Assembly (NCBI RefSeq): GCF_009914755.1
Contig: NC_060935.1
Source of the DNA: the human T2T-CHM13v2.0 reference genome, Homo sapiens
DNA length: 64,000 nucleotides
Reading direction: 5' to 3' (one strand)
This document shows positions 1 to 28,912 of the stretch, piece after piece; positions within the stretch are counted from its first letter, which is position 1; every line of letters starts with the position of its first letter. The notes beneath the pieces were generated by a model. It searched no databases. It saw only the letters and a program-made list of their open reading frames with translations, and was not told where the DNA came from. A program made the translations under genes and the position numbers.

Positions 1-1174
1 TCGGCCTCCCAAAGTGTTGGGATTACAGGCATGAGCCACCGCGCCCAGCCCGTCTCTTTCTTTCTAACTGATCAAAGTGTTGCTGCAGGCGTTGTAATCC
101 TTCAGTGATCATTCAAGTGACCTTGATGCTGCCCTCCATTTGAGGATTGTATTCCATAATTTTGCCCTTTAATGTCTATGCAATTTGAAACACTGGCAAA
201 TTTTTATTATTGATTCATTTATTTTTTGGAGGCAGGGTCTCACTCTTGCCCAGGCTGGAGTGCAGTGGTGCAGTCATGGCTCACTCCAGCCTCAATGGCC
301 TGGGCTCAAGCAATCTTCTGGCCTTGGCCCCCCTTTAGCTGGAAGCACAGGCACATACCAGCACATCCTGCTAATTTTTAAATTTTTGGTTGAAATGGGG
401 TCTCACTTTGTCATCCAAGCTGGTCTCAAACACTCGGGCTCAAGCAATCCTCCTGCCTTGGCCTCCCAAAGTGCTGGGGTTACTCATGAGCCACTGTGCA
501 GGCCTTGAACTGTCTTTTTAATCTGTATTTTCTCAGTATGGCACTGTTTGTGGTAGAGTTTGGACTTCTTTGAATGTTCATGAGCCTCCCAACTATCCTT
601 CTTTCTCTTTTTCTCGTGGTAATCCAAACAACACCCATAGTGTTGACAGGGTAACTCAATATATTCATTTTGTGGCCTGGTAACAACCCCAAAGCCACCT
701 GGTGCAGCCCCCAGGGCCTAGAGAAGCTATGAATTTTGGGGTCTCAAAGACCCACAAGCTGACTCAGTGCAGCTTTCAACAGAAAAGGGTCATCTTCTCA
801 AGGAGAAAGCGTTTAATTGAACTAAACTGGGAGCTTCTCAGGGTTTTACCACAAACCTAGCCCCGAGCGTGTCTACAAAATTACTGACATGAAGGCTTTG
901 TTTGTTGAACTGCTCTTCATCTCATAAGCAGAAGAAAAAGAATAGTAAAAAGAATTCCTGCCATATATTACTCTGGAATAAACTGTTGGAAGTGCCACTC
1001 TAAAACATTTTTATGGTGAACACTTCGGTGATATGTTTTCTATTCCTCCTATCCCATTCACTGTTTCTATGCCAAAATAGGGTAGGTCTTATCTCCAGTC
1101 TACAGTCAAAGAAACTCATTCAGCTCTAAAAGTAGAAGCAGAATTTATACCATGTTCACAACGGTCACTAATTA

Positions 1175-1366
<192 letters not shown>

Positions 1367-1891
1367 CTAGTCAAAAATGGTGGCACTCGCCTGTAGCCTT
1401 AGCTACTTGGGGGGAATGAGGGAAGACACTCCCTTGAGTCTAGGATTTTGAGGTTGCAGTGAGCTCTGATCGCACCACTGCATGCCACAGTGACACTGCG
1501 TCTCTAAAATAATAATAATAATGATGATATTAAGATGAGTACGGCCAGGCCAAAGCTTCATAATTTCTCTCTTAGTACACATGAGAATAGGTCTGAGATT
1601 CATCATTCATTGATTCCACAAGTATTTCTTTTTTTAAAAAAAAGACAGAGTCTCACTCTGTTGCCCAGGTTGGTCTCGAACTCCCAGGCTTCAGAGATCT
1701 TCTCACCTCAGCCTCCCATAGTGCTGGGATTATAGGTGTACACCACTGCGCCTGGCCCAACAAATATTTCTTTCTCTCTCTCTTTTTTAAAAATTTACCA
1801 TAAAGTCTTTTATCCCTAACAAATGTTTTTTGAATACCTTCCACATGCATGTTCCCAGGAAAGACTTATACAGGCCAGGTGTGGTGGCTCA

Positions 1892-2713
<822 letters not shown>

Positions 2714-2827
2714 TCACCTGAGGTTGGCAGTTCGAGACCAGTCTGACCAACATGGAGAAACCCCATCTCTACTAAAAATACAAAAAAATTAGCCAGGCAT
2801 GGTGGCCCATGCTTGTAATCCCAGCTA

Positions 2828-2980
<153 letters not shown>

Positions 2981-3540
2981 CTATAACAGATTGACCCACA
3001 ATGATGGTACTATAACCTAAAAAGGTAAACAACAGGACTGTGGTGGCAGGGGAAGAGGAGCATCAGAGATCCTACATGAGTTCAACTAGATGGAGGACTG
3101 CGGAGAGAGGAGAGAGAATGGAAAAAGAGGGTGCCAAAAGCCACAGCCTGTAGCCTGTGCAGGGACCAGGGACAGGGGTGGCTCAGAAGGAACTGCTGCT
3201 TCCTACAATGCTGGAGTGGCCTGGGGCTTAGGAAAGCCAGAGGGCAGGATTCAGTCATGCAGTGAAGAGAAGGACTAATGAAAGGCCTGGACGGTAACTC
3301 CTGATTCCTCTCATTCTGTCCTGTCTTGAAGCCCAGAATCCAGAGAGTCAGGTTTTTCCATGTTTCACCCCATGCCAAAAAGTGGAGCCCTCTTCTTTAG
3401 TGAAATGGAAAGCCCTAAAAAGAGATAATCAAAACTGCTGGTTTCCCACACTGTCTCCCTAAAGCGAAGTCTGCTGCTACAATCCCTGACCTTGGATGGA
3501 ATCGCAGTCCTCTTACTAGTGCTTCATTTAAAAAATATTA

Positions 3541-4080
<540 letters not shown>

Positions 4081-4327
4081 TTAGTGGAGACGGGGATTTC
4101 TCCATGTTGGTCAGGGTGGTCTCTAACTCCCAACCTCAGGTGATCTGCCTGCCTCGGCCTCCCAAAATGCTGGGATTACAGGCGTGAGCCACCACGCCCA
4201 GCCTACACTCATATTTACGTGAGCACTTTGATGGGTTGTGACAAACATTTATACCCACGTATCCACCAACACAACAGGACATAGAACATTTCCACCACCC
4301 CAGAACTTTCCTCACGTCCCTTTATGA

Positions 4328-4555
<228 letters not shown>

Positions 4556-5303
4556 TGAGTAGCTGGGATTACAGGTGCCCGCCACCAGGTATGCCTCATT
4601 TTTATGTTTTTAGTAGAGATGGGGTTTCACCATGTTGTTCAGGCTGGTCTCGAACTCCTGACCTCAGGTGATCCACCCGCCTCAACCTCCCAAAGTGCTA
4701 GGATTACAGGGGCGAGCCACCACGCCCGGCCCTTTCCCTATTTTAGATGAAGGAAATCACTCTATTGTGTCCAGCCTCTTTTGCTTGGTATAATGCGTTG
4801 AGATTTACCATGTTGTTACGTCTGTCAGTACTTAATTGCTTTTGATTGGTGAATATTGTCTTAGTATTTTTGGGCTGTTGTAACAAAATACCTTAGACTG
4901 GGTAATTTGCAATCTATGTACATTTATTGCTCACAGTTCTGGAAGCTGGGAATTCCAAGAACATGGCATCAGCAGATTCACTGACTGATGAGGGCTTGCT
5001 CTCAGTTTCAAGGATGGTGCTTTCTAGCTGTGTCTTCACATGGGAAAAGACATAAACACGTTCTCTCAGGCCTCTTTTTTTTTTTTTTTTGAGACAGGAT
5101 CTCTGTGCTAGAATGGCAACTGAAAATAAAAAAAGAAAAAATATGCTAGAATAATTGAAAATAAAGTTTTTAAAAAAAGATAGGGTTTCCCTGTGTTGGC
5201 CACACTGGAGTGTAGTGGCGGGATCACGGCTCACTCAGTCCTCTTTTATAAGGGCCCTGATTCTTTCATGAGGCTTTACCCTCATGAACATATCACTTCC
5301 TAA

Positions 5304-5801
<498 letters not shown>

Positions 5802-5807
5802 TAACAC

Positions 5808-6272
5808 AGGCTGAGCACCATCATTCAAAATGTGTTTTTTTTTTTTTAGACGGAGTCTCACTGTCACCCAGGCTGGCACAATCTCAGGTTACTGCAGCCT
5901 CTTCCTCCTGGGTTCAAGCGATTCTCCTGCCTCAGCCTCCCCAGTAGCTAGGATTACAGGCAACCACCACCACGCCCGACTAATTTTTGTATTTTTAGTA
6001 GAGACAGGGTTTCACCATGTTGGCCAGGCTGATTTTGAACTCCTGACCTCAGGTGATCCGCCTGCCTTGGCCTCCCAAAGTGCTGGGATTACAGGCGTGA
6101 GCCACCACGCTGGGCTTTGAAAAGCTTTTTGAGTACTAATGTGACCCTCAAAGGAAATGGTCATTGGAGCATTTCAGATTTCTGCTTTTTGGATTTGGGA
6201 TGCCAGTAAATATTATGCAAATATTCCAAATCCAAAATGCTTCTGGTTCTAAGCATTCCAGATAAGGGATAG
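5808..6272. mobile_element. Tigger4/MER46-like element split by an Alu, inside a MaLR LTR (~4857-6322)
   Basis: CAGGCTGAGCA...CAAAGGAAATGGTCATTGGAGCATTTCAGATTTC...AAGCATTCCAGATAAGGGATA. Confidence 0.55.
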
Positions 6273-7670
6273 TTAGATTTCAACATATGAGTTTTGCGGG
6301 ACAGAAACATTTAGATCATAGCAAATGGTATTCCATTCTATGGATATGCCACAATTCCTTTATTCATTCTCCTGTTGATGGATATTTGGGTCCTTTCTAG
6401 TTTGGGGGTTATTATAAATAAAGCTGCCAAGAACTTCTTCAGACAAATCTTTATGAGTATACATATTTTCTCTTGGGTAAACACCTACAGGTGAAATTGC
6501 TGGATCATGAAGTAAGTATATGTGAACTTTATAAGAAACTGCCAAAATGTTTTCCAAAATAGTTGTGTCATTTTTCATTCCCATCAGCAGCATATGAATG
6601 TCCCAGTTGTTCCACATCCTTGGCAACACTTGGCATTATCAGTTCGTTTACTTTTAGCCATTTTGGTGGGTGAAAAGTGGTATGTCACTGTGTTCTTAAT
6701 TTGCATTTATTTGAACATAAGGTGAGGGCTTCCCCCCACCAAAATAGCATCCTTTGGAAAGAAGGGAGTTATATTTCTGTTCTTTTTTTTTTTTCTTTGA
6801 GACAGAGTTTTGCTCTTGTTGCCCAGGCTGGAGTGCAATGGTGTGATCTCGGCTCACTGCAACCACCACCTCCTGGGGTTTAAGTGATTCTCCTGCCTCA
6901 GCCTCCCGAGTAGCTGGGATTACAGGCATGTGCCACCATACCCAGCTAATTTTTGTATTATTAGTAGAGATAGAGTTTCACCATGTTTGCCAGGCTGGTC
7001 TCAAAGTCCTGACCTCAGGTGATCTGCCTGCCTTGGCCTCCCAAAGTGCTGGGATTACAGGTGTAAGCCACCGTGCCCGGCCTATATTTGTGTTCTTATA
7101 AAGTGCCTGAAAAGCTGGAGGACAATGGAGCAATGCCTTGAAAAGATTTATGGGAAAATGATTTCCTACCTGGAATTCAATTCCTAACCAGATCATCAAT
7201 CAAGCAGAAGCAGAACAAAAGCCACTAAAAGACATGGAAAGTTTTCAAAAATTTTCACTACCGAGCATCCACCTCCAGAAGTCTTGAGGATGCGTTCTAT
7301 AAAAATGAAGGAGTAAACCAGGAAAGAGAAAGCCATGAGACCCAGGAATCTAGGGCTCAACACAGGAGAGAAGAAAAGGAAATCCTCAGGGTGCTGGTGC
7401 AGGGAGATCCCAGGATGACAGCAACCTGGCCATTTGGGAGCCAGTCAGAAGGTGCTGGGAAAAATAGCCCAAGAAGATGATACTGGTAAAGTGCACTTTT
7501 CTTTTTTACTTTTTGAGACAGGGTCTCACTTTCTTGCTTTGTCACACAGGCTAGTTTGCAGTGGTGACAACGTGGCTCACTGCAGCCTCTATCCCCAGGC
7601 TCAAGCAATCCTTTTGCCTCAGTCTCCTGAGTAATTGGGACTGCAGCTGCACACCACCACAGCCTGTGGC

Positions 7671-7705
<35 letters not shown>

Positions 7706-8878
7706 TTTGAGATGGAGTCTTGCTCTGTCACCCAGGCTGGAGTGCAATGGTGTGATCTCAGCTCACTGCAACCTCCGCCTCCCGGGTTAAAGTGATTCTC
7801 CTGCCTCAGCCTCCTGAATAGCTGGGACTACAGGCCCGTGCCACCATGCCTGGCTAATTTTTGTATTTTTAGTAGAGCGGGGTTTCACCGTGTTAGCCAG
7901 GATGGTCTCGATCTCCTAACCTCATGATCCGCCCACCATGGACTCCCAAAGTCTTAGGATTACAGGCGTGAGCCACCGCACCCTGCGGCTAATTTTTTTA
8001 TGTTTCTTATAGAGACGAGATTTCACCATGTAGCCTAGGCTAGTTTCAAACTCCTGAGCTCAGGCCATTGACCTGGACCTCTCAAAGTGCTAAGATTACA
8101 GGCATGAGCCACCACTTGTGGCCATAGTAAAATGCCTAATGTGCTTAAATATACAGAGTGGAGTTTCACACCTTCAGGAAATATTTGGGAAAAAAAACAG
8201 AGATAGGTACAGAGAAAGCAAAGCAAACAAATAAAAAATAAGACCAGCATTGAATCTAGGAAAAATAAAAGGTGGGGCTGAGTGATGGGGGTGGGGAGAG
8301 GGCTAAACCCCCATTTCCAGAGTCAGAAGTCAGTAGGTGATGTCTGATAGTCACGTGCTGGTAAGTAGAATATGAATACGGTGTTATTTTAAGACATGGA
8401 AGTAAATCCCAAAGGAATTGACTAAAATATTTCAAGTTTTGATCTGGGGAGCAGGATAGAAGAGGGACTTGAACTACTGATTCTTAGATTATGTGCATGT
8501 ACATCTTTGATGAAAAAGAAAGCAAAACCAGACAAAATTATATGCATTGATTCGAGAAAGTAGTCACAATATAATGTTAAGTTAAATAACAGGATATAAA
8601 AGGTATATTCAGTATAGTCTCATTTTGTACATTAAATTGGAGGAGCTGATAGAAAAAATAAGAAGAAAATATTTCTAAGTGAAAAGATTAAGCATATATA
8701 TATATATTTTTGAGACACAATCGTGCTCTGTTGCCCAGGCTGGAGTGCAGTGGCATAATCATAGCTCATTATAACCTCAAACTCCTGGACTCAAGCGATT
8801 CTCCCACCTCAGCCTCCCCAGTAGCTAGGACTGTAGGCACATACCACCACACCTGACTAATTTTTTAATTTTTTGTAG

Positions 8879-9010
<132 letters not shown>

Positions 9011-9841
9011 TAATTTTCTTCTTTATATTTTCTTAGATTTTCTAATTTTTATTTTCAAATTAACATTTATTAATTTGTAGCTAGAAAGGAAAACTTCTAC
9101 AGATTGTAGAGACCAGGTTTTGCCATGTAGCCCAGGCTAGTCTTGCACTTCTGAGCTCAAGCCATCTGCTCACCTGTGCCTGTGGCTGCCAGCTCTGCAA
9201 AACCCTTCCTGAGATCAAGAAGGGGAAGCAACTTACCCAGGTTCACTCAGGCAGGTTTTGTGAATCCAAAACCATTGCTCTTTTATAGCTTCCTGTTTCT
9301 CCACTTGGGATTTCTTCCAGCTGAAAGCTTACTCATTATATGAAGGCTCAGAGCTCCCAGGTCAATGTCATCTTCTTCATGGAGCTGTGCCTGGAGATGA
9401 CGCCCCCTTTCTCTGCTCCATTAAACCCGGTGTCTTTCCTGCTGTGTGTGCCAGCGGCTGTGTTGTGGTTGTGGGTGTGCTTGCTTTCGAGTCTTCGTTC
9501 TGCTATAAGCCCCTTGGAAGTAAGGACCACACCTTAGGTATTTCCATCTCTCCTTATGCAGCATCCAGGTGCATCACTCACGTGCAGGAGGGATTGGCTG
9601 AACACAGAGGCAGGTTAACTCAAGAATAAACTTTATTATTTGCTTTTAGGTGCTGTAGTGTGACGTGAAGCAGGTAGCTCATAATTGTGAAGATAAACTT
9701 GTGGAGTAGGTGGGTTTTGAGGTCCAGTAGGAAGATAGGCCCCACACAATGGTAGTTTGATTATTAATCAGCGTGGAGCAGGTGAATCAGCTGTTGCATT
9801 CCCCGGGAAGAACGCGGGCTCGGCCGGCCTGTGCTGGACTC

Positions 9842-9875
9842 TGGCGCCCCCAAATGGTCACGTGGGTTTATTACA
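9842..9875 (-). promoter_or_regulatory. Candidate CTCF site in a small CpG-containing unique patch
   Basis: Minus strand TGTAATAAACCCACG-TGACCATTTGGGGGCGCCA: core-like motif plus an upstream-module-like TGTAAT at canonical spacing. Confidence 0.45.
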
Positions 9876-10367
9876 CATCGGAAGTAAACAGCTTTTACTG
9901 ATGATGAAGTAGTGACTGTCTTGGTAGCTCTCTAGAAGCTCATTCGCCTTCTCTTTAAAGTTACACTTCACAGAGGCAGGATAATCCATCCGGTCAAGGA
10001 GAAAGGAAAATCGGATTAGGGCTTCCAATAAACCTGTAATATTTTAGGTGTACCGCTGAGTCATAAATATCAGCTAAGTCTGTTGTATCATCACCTGTAC
10101 TTCTTTTTGCGCATCTTAAAATACCATTTAAAATAACGAAAAAAATCTACAACTTAGCTCTAGAGTATCATGCCTCCAAAAGACACTGGGTTTAATTTTT
10201 AGATGTTTTCCCTTTTTCGTTGGAGGTAAAAATAAAATTCAGGATTATGTTTTTCAGACCTATGTTTGTTTTCATACTTGTAAAACCTACATATGTATCC
10301 ATAAACACACAGAGTATTGATTTGTGTTTCAATTTTAAAAAATTGATGTCACACTGTACCATTCTGA

Positions 10368-10652
<285 letters not shown>

Positions 10653-10766
10653 TGATAGGCACGAGCCACCACACCTGGCCATATCTTGCTTTTATTGATC
10701 AACATTGTGTTTAAGAATTATTCATGTTGGTACATATATTTCTAGTTGATTCACGTTTACCGCTGA

Positions 10767-11128
<362 letters not shown>

Positions 11129-11665
11129 TAAATTCATTAAAATAATAGAAAAATAGAGACAGGGTCTTTGTGTTGCCCAGGCTGGTCTCAAATAGCTGAG
11201 CTCAAGCAGTCCTCCAGCCTTGGCCTCCCAAAGTGCTGGGATTACAGGTGTGAGCCACTGTGCCTGGTCTTTATGATATCTTTTTGTATTCCAAAGTCAT
11301 AAGATAGTCATTTAATTTTGAAAATTATTTTAAAAATTTGCTTTTTACATTTAGATGCTTAAATCCCCTTGATTTTATTTATGTAGTTGGTGCAAGGTGA
11401 ATGCTTCTTTATCTGTATGGGTGACTTTCTCTTGGGCAGGGTACACATTTAAAAGCTCCGAGGAAGCTTTTAAAAGACCATTTCTGGGCCTCATCACAGA
11501 ACAGATGAAATCAAAATTTCTGAGTGTGGACCTGAGACATCAGATTTAAAAAATAAAAACAAAACTCTCCCAGGCGTTTTTTAACATGGAGCCAGGGCTG
11601 AGAATCTTTGCTTTAAGGTCAGACCAAGAGTAGAGTTGCTGGGGTGTGTATTATTCGCATTGTCA

Positions 11666-12022
<357 letters not shown>

Positions 12023-12542
12023 TTAAACTATTTATGGTCCTCAAGTAGGAGAATTTCAATTGCTTCACACTTTTGAAAATACATGTTGTGATATTTATAT
12101 AAAACCAAGAACCATGGATGAAAAAACATATATGTGTGTCTCATATATGTATGCATTTCATATACATATGTGTTATAAACATATATATGTCTTTCATATA
12201 TATATATATAAAATGTTTTCACCCATGATTCTTGGCTTATAACTCCCATAGCTCTTGTTATTACAGTTTCTGTTATAATGTTAGGGCACTTTAGTTCTCA
12301 CAAGCAGGCTTCAGGAAACAGAATCTCTCTCTCTCTCTCTGACCTTCTCCTGCCCACCTTTTACCTGCTCCTTTTTTCTCCCCACCTTTTACCTGCTTCT
12401 TTTCCTATCTTTCTGTCTAGGAGCTGGTCATGAGGAAATTCTCTGGCCTACTTTGATTGTAGGTCACAATACCCTCATTTCAGACAGGTCCTGCCCTATT
12501 CCCTGGAAGGAATGCTGCACAGAGAGACCAAGAAGAATCTGA

Positions 12543-12872
<330 letters not shown>

Positions 12873-13849
12873 TGATCCGCCCGCCTTGGCCTCGCAAAGT
12901 GTTGGGATTACAGGCGTGAGCCATCATGCCTGGCAATAAATTATTTCTTCAAATATTGTGGGGATACAACTGCAGAGATCTCAGATTTCAACGTGTTTTT
13001 GTCCAATGCTTATACCATTCAGGTTATAACCATTTCAGAAAAGGTCTGTATAATTCTGGCTATTCATGTATGGCCTTGTAGTGTTAGGTTTTTAGGTGTA
13101 TATGTGGGATATGTGTGGTTTAGGAAAAAAGCCTTGCAACTTTACAAAGCACTGGACATACACTAGCTAGCCTTCTCTTCACTCCTGTCATTACTGATCT
13201 GTTTTCCCCATTTTAGTAAATGGTCAAGATTTACCCCTAGAGAAAGAGTCAGCTTGTGGCCAAATTCATGTTTGATAGATCTTCTCAGCTCTAAAACTGA
13301 AAGGGAGAAACTTCAGACAGCAGAAAGAGAAAACAAACAAGCAGGGTGGGTGAAATAATTTCCTATGGTTGTTGAAACAAATTACCACAAATTTCGTGGT
13401 TTAAAACAACACAAGGCTGGGCTCAGTGGTGCATGCCTGTAATCCCAGCACTTTGGGGGGCCGAGGTGAGAAAATTGCTTGAGCTCAGGAGTTTGAGACC
13501 AGCCTGGCAACACAGTGAGACCTTGTCTCTAAAAAATAAAGAAAGAAAGAAGAAAAAGAAAAAAATTCCAAAAACCAAAACCACCCCACACATTTATTAT
13601 CTTATAGTTCTGGGGTCAGAGGTCCAAAATGGGTCTTTATGAGCTAAAAACCAAGGTGTTATCAGGCCTGCATCCCTTCTTTTTATTTTATTTAATTCTT
13701 TTTTTTTTTTTTGGTAGGGATGCAGTCTCACTCTAATGCCCAGGCTGGTCTTGAATTCCTGGGCTCAAGCAATTCACCCATCTCGGCCTCCCAAAGTGCT
13801 GGGATTGTAGGCATGAGGAACTGTGCCTGGCCTTACTTTTGGGTTTTTG

Positions 13850-20070
<6,221 letters not shown>

Positions 20071-20388
20071 TTTGAGTAGGCCGGGCGTGGTGGCTCATGC
20101 CTGTAATCTCAACACTTTGGGAGGCTGAGGTAGGAGGATCACTTGAGCCCAGGAGTTGAGGCCAACCTAGGCAACATAAAAAAAATTAGCCGGGTGTGGT
20201 GGTGCACATCTGTAGTCCCAGCTATTCCAGAGGCTGAGGTGGGAGGATCACTTGAGAGGGAAGTAGAGGCTGCAGTGAGCCATGGTCCATGCCACCGCAC
20301 TCCAGCCTGGGTGACAGAATGAGACCCTCTCTCAAAAAAAACAAAACAAAAAAATATAAACCAGTCTGGGCACAGTGGCTCATGCCTA

Positions 20389-20679
<291 letters not shown>

Positions 20680-22388
20680 TCATGCTGGTCAGCTGGGCCT
20701 AAACTCCAAAAGGGAGAAGGTATCATGAAGTGTATCTGACCTCCCTTCCCGTCATGGCTGGGAATTCCATTTTTCAGGTTTCTCTGGGGTCCTCTTGGCC
20801 AAGAGGGGATCTATTCAGTTGGATAGAGGGCTTAGAATTTTATTTTTGGTTTACAAGAGAGTTGGAGAATGACTTGGTGTAGGAAATTCACACAGTTGAT
20901 GTCAGAAGTGTTGTAAGAGTAGAAGGAATGTATTTTTCTTTATATGGATTTCCTACCAGTGCAATGTTTTCTAATTTAGAATTATTCCAATTTGAAAAGA
21001 TCCCACTAGTATTAAAAATGCTGGGCCAGCTGTGGTGGCTCATGCCTGTAATCCCTGCACTTTGGGAGGCCGGGGCAGGCAGATAACTGGAGGTCAGGAG
21101 TTTGAGACCAGCCTCCAACATTGCAAAACCTCCTCTCTACAAAAATACAAAAAAAAAATTAGTCGGGTCTGGTGGTGGGCACCTGTAATCCCAGCTACTC
21201 AGGAGGCTGAGACAGGAGGATTGCTTGAAACTGGGAGGTGGAAGTTGCAGTGAGCCGAGATCGCGACACTGCACTCCAGCCTGGGCAACGAGCGAAAACT
21301 CCATCTTATTAAAAAAATAAATAAATAAAGTGCTGCCCGGGCATGGTGGCTCACGTTGGTAATCCCACCACTTTGCAGGACAAGATGGGAGTATCACTTG
21401 GGAGTTTGAGAGCAGTCTAGGCAACACAGCAAGACCTCATCTCCACAAAATTAATTTTAAAAGTAGCCAGTCATGGTGGCACACACCTGTAATCTCAGCT
21501 ACTCAGGAGGCTGAGGTGGGAGGCTCTCTTGAGCCCCAGGACTTCGAGGCTACAGTAAGCTATGATCACACTGTTGAACTCCAGCCTGGGTGACAGAATG
21601 AAACCTTGTCCTTCAAAAGTAAAATTTTTAAAAAGAAACACTGTGTGAGGACTGCCAAGCTCAAATAATTTAGTAAAGTCTTTGATACTAAATATAAAAC
21701 ACGGTCCTTTTTACATTTTGTCAGGGAGCACACTAGTAAGCCTGTGAAACCCATCATAGCTCAGCTTCTTAGCCACCATTGTAGGTTTTTACACGAATTT
21801 TTCAGACCTTCCTAACTGTACTGTCAGAAGGATGCATAAATTGAGCTAGTCAAATTAAATAGTTACGGATTGAATAAAAGCTTGGATTTGATCATACTAG
21901 CAGATCGTTCTTCCTTATTCATCAAAAATGACAAGCCCAGAAATAGCCCTGGTTGGAGATCAGTATCATTGTGCTCATAAGTTTGGTTTGAGGATAAATT
22001 GAGGCCTTGCATAAATAATCTCTCTTCATTATAGCATTGACCATCTTAGCTATATTTTACAGATTCTTCAGATGGCCACAGTGAATGGTTTGGTCATGAG
22101 AGTCTTCTTTGGGAAATAAACATACAGCTGGAGATCCCTATTAGGCTGAGGACATAAATAAATCAATGTTTTCTAGTTTGCACTGTAGCTCCAACACGTT
22201 AAAAGAAGAGGAGGAGGTGGAGGAGAAGGAGGGAGGGAAAGAGGGACGGGAGGAAAAAAATACACAGAAGAAAATACTCAAATCATAAAAGAAAGTTTAA
22301 CCCAAAATATATGTGGATTGGAAAGTATTATGGATAAACCCTAAATATAGTTCTTAAAACTGGAAATTTGGCCTGGCATGGGGGCTCA

Positions 22389-22676
<288 letters not shown>

Positions 22677-22975
22677 TTAGTAGGGGCATTCAGAGTGCTC
22701 CCTAGACACTGTGTGTGCCTGATAAAACCAGGAGCCCGGGGGTATTTCTGCCTCTAAGCAAACAGGAAACAATAACTGCTTGGGATGTAGAGGGCTTCTT
22801 GCCATGACGTGTCCCCCGAACTTGAAGTTATGCCCAAAGGTCTCATTTCCTCAGAAGAGATGCAAAAAAATTGTAGGTGGCTGAACGAGGCAGAAAGGGA
22901 AGTTGATATAAGAAGAAAAATTGTTTAGGATTGTCAACCTAAAGGAAAAAACAGAGGCACAAAATATAATTTTAA

Positions 22976-23371
<396 letters not shown>

Positions 23372-23681
23372 TGAGCCACCAGGCTCGGCCTTCTGGTTGG
23401 TTTTTAAAGGCAAAAAGAGGCACAAGGAGTGGGTTGATAGCAAAGTTGTTTATTAGGATTCTCACTGATTTACAGAAATAACATTGATTGATGATTGGCT
23501 ATTCATTTTTGAACTATAGTGTATGAGTTATGGTGTCCAGTGTGCAGCATTGTTCGATTAATTTATAGCTACTTGTGGCAGCAGTCAGTCTAGAGTCCAC
23601 ATAACAAGCAGCTTGAAGAAATGGTTACCCAGCTCAAGGCGGGAGTCCCCAGCACTGTGGGAGGCCAAAGGGGGCGGATCA

Positions 23682-23972
<291 letters not shown>

Positions 23973-24451
23973 TCACTGCAGGCTTGACCTTTGAGCTCAA
24001 GCGTTCCTCTCACCTCAGCCTTCCGAGTAGCTGGGTCTACAGGCATGCACCACCACATCCAGCTAATTTTTTGTATTTTTTTATAGAGACAGGGTTTCGC
24101 TGTGTTGCCCGGGCTGGTCTCAAAATCCTGGGCTCAAGCATTCCTCCTGCCTCAGCCTCCCAAAATGCTGGGATTACAGGAGTGAGCCACCGCACCCGGC
24201 CTCAAGATTTCTAATCATGTGTTCATGGGGGCATGCCCATGACATGTCTCCAATAAGGCTGAAGCATTCTCCCAGTGAAATGCGTGGAGCTATCTTCCTG
24301 ATGGCCAGGCAGATGAAATAGCAGGTTTCCCCCAGATAAAATCTCCATTTCTCCATGTAAAATAGATTGGTGGTCAAGCCTAGAAAACAGTTTGAAGGAA
24401 CTTTTCTCAAAAGTTCCAGTGTTAGGTTTCTTCAGAGGTACATACAGATAG

Positions 24452-25800
<1,349 letters not shown>

Positions 25801-25924
25801 TGATGAAGGAATTTGGTCAATTTGGTCATTTTCTTTTGTTTCTTTTTTTCTTTTGCAGTTTACTCAAAAGTTTTTTTTGGTTATATATATATACATATAT
25901 ATATATATCTATATACACATATAC

Positions 25925-27001
<1,077 letters not shown>

Positions 27002-27279
27002 CTATCTGTATGTACCTCTGAAGAAACCTAACACTGGAACTTTTGAGAAAAGTTCCTTCAAACTGTTTTCTAGGCTTGACCACCAATCTATTTTACATGG
27101 AGAAATGGAGATTTTATCTGGGGGAAACCTGCTATTTCATCTGCCTGGCCATCAGGAAGATAGCTCCACGCATTTCACTGGGAGAATGCTTCAGCCTTAT
27201 TGGAGACATGTCATGGGCATGCCCCCATGAACACATGATTAGAAATCTTGAGGCCGGGTGCGGTGGCTCACTCCTGTAA

Positions 27280-27606
<327 letters not shown>

Positions 27607-27918
27607 TGATCCGCCCCCTTTGGCCTCCCACAGTGCTGGGGACTCCCGCCTTGAGCTGGGTAACCATTTCTTCAAGCTGCTTGTTATGTGGACTCTAGAC
27701 TGACTGCTGCCACAAGTAGCTATAAATTAATCGAACAATGCTGCACACTGGACACCATAACTCATACCCTGTAGTTCAAAAATGAATAGCCAATCATCAA
27801 TCAATGTTATTTCTGTAAATCAATGAGAATTCCTAATAAACAACTTTGCTATCAACCCCACTCCTTGTGCCCCTTTTTGCCTTTAAAAACCAACCAGAGG
27901 GCCGGGCCTGGTGGCTCA

Positions 27919-28257
<339 letters not shown>

Positions 28258-28606
28258 TCAAGATTACTTGGGTCTGAGTCTTCCGGGCAGCCGTCCTTAT
28301 CTCTGCCCAAGGAAACTCTTTAAAATTATATTTTGTGCCTCTGTTTTTTCCTTTAGGTTGACAATCCTAAACAATTTTTCTTCTTATATCAACTTCCCTC
28401 TCTGCCTCGTTCAGCCACCTACAATTTTTTTTTCATCTCTTCTGAGGTAATGAGACCTTTGGGCATAACTTCAAGTTCAGGGGACACGTCATGGCAAGAA
28501 GCCCTCTACATCCCAAGCAGTTATTGTTTCCTGTTTGCTTAGAGGCAGAAATACCCCCGGGCTCCTGGTTTTATTAGGCACACACAGTGTCTAGAGAGCA
28601 CTCTGA

Positions 28607-28912
<306 letters not shown>

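Noticed and set aside
55-1170. Non-Alu sequence at the window start as exon or pseudogene
   Set aside because: I could not recognise a protein or repeat family and have no supportable splice or ORF structure. It needs BLAST/RepeatMasker.
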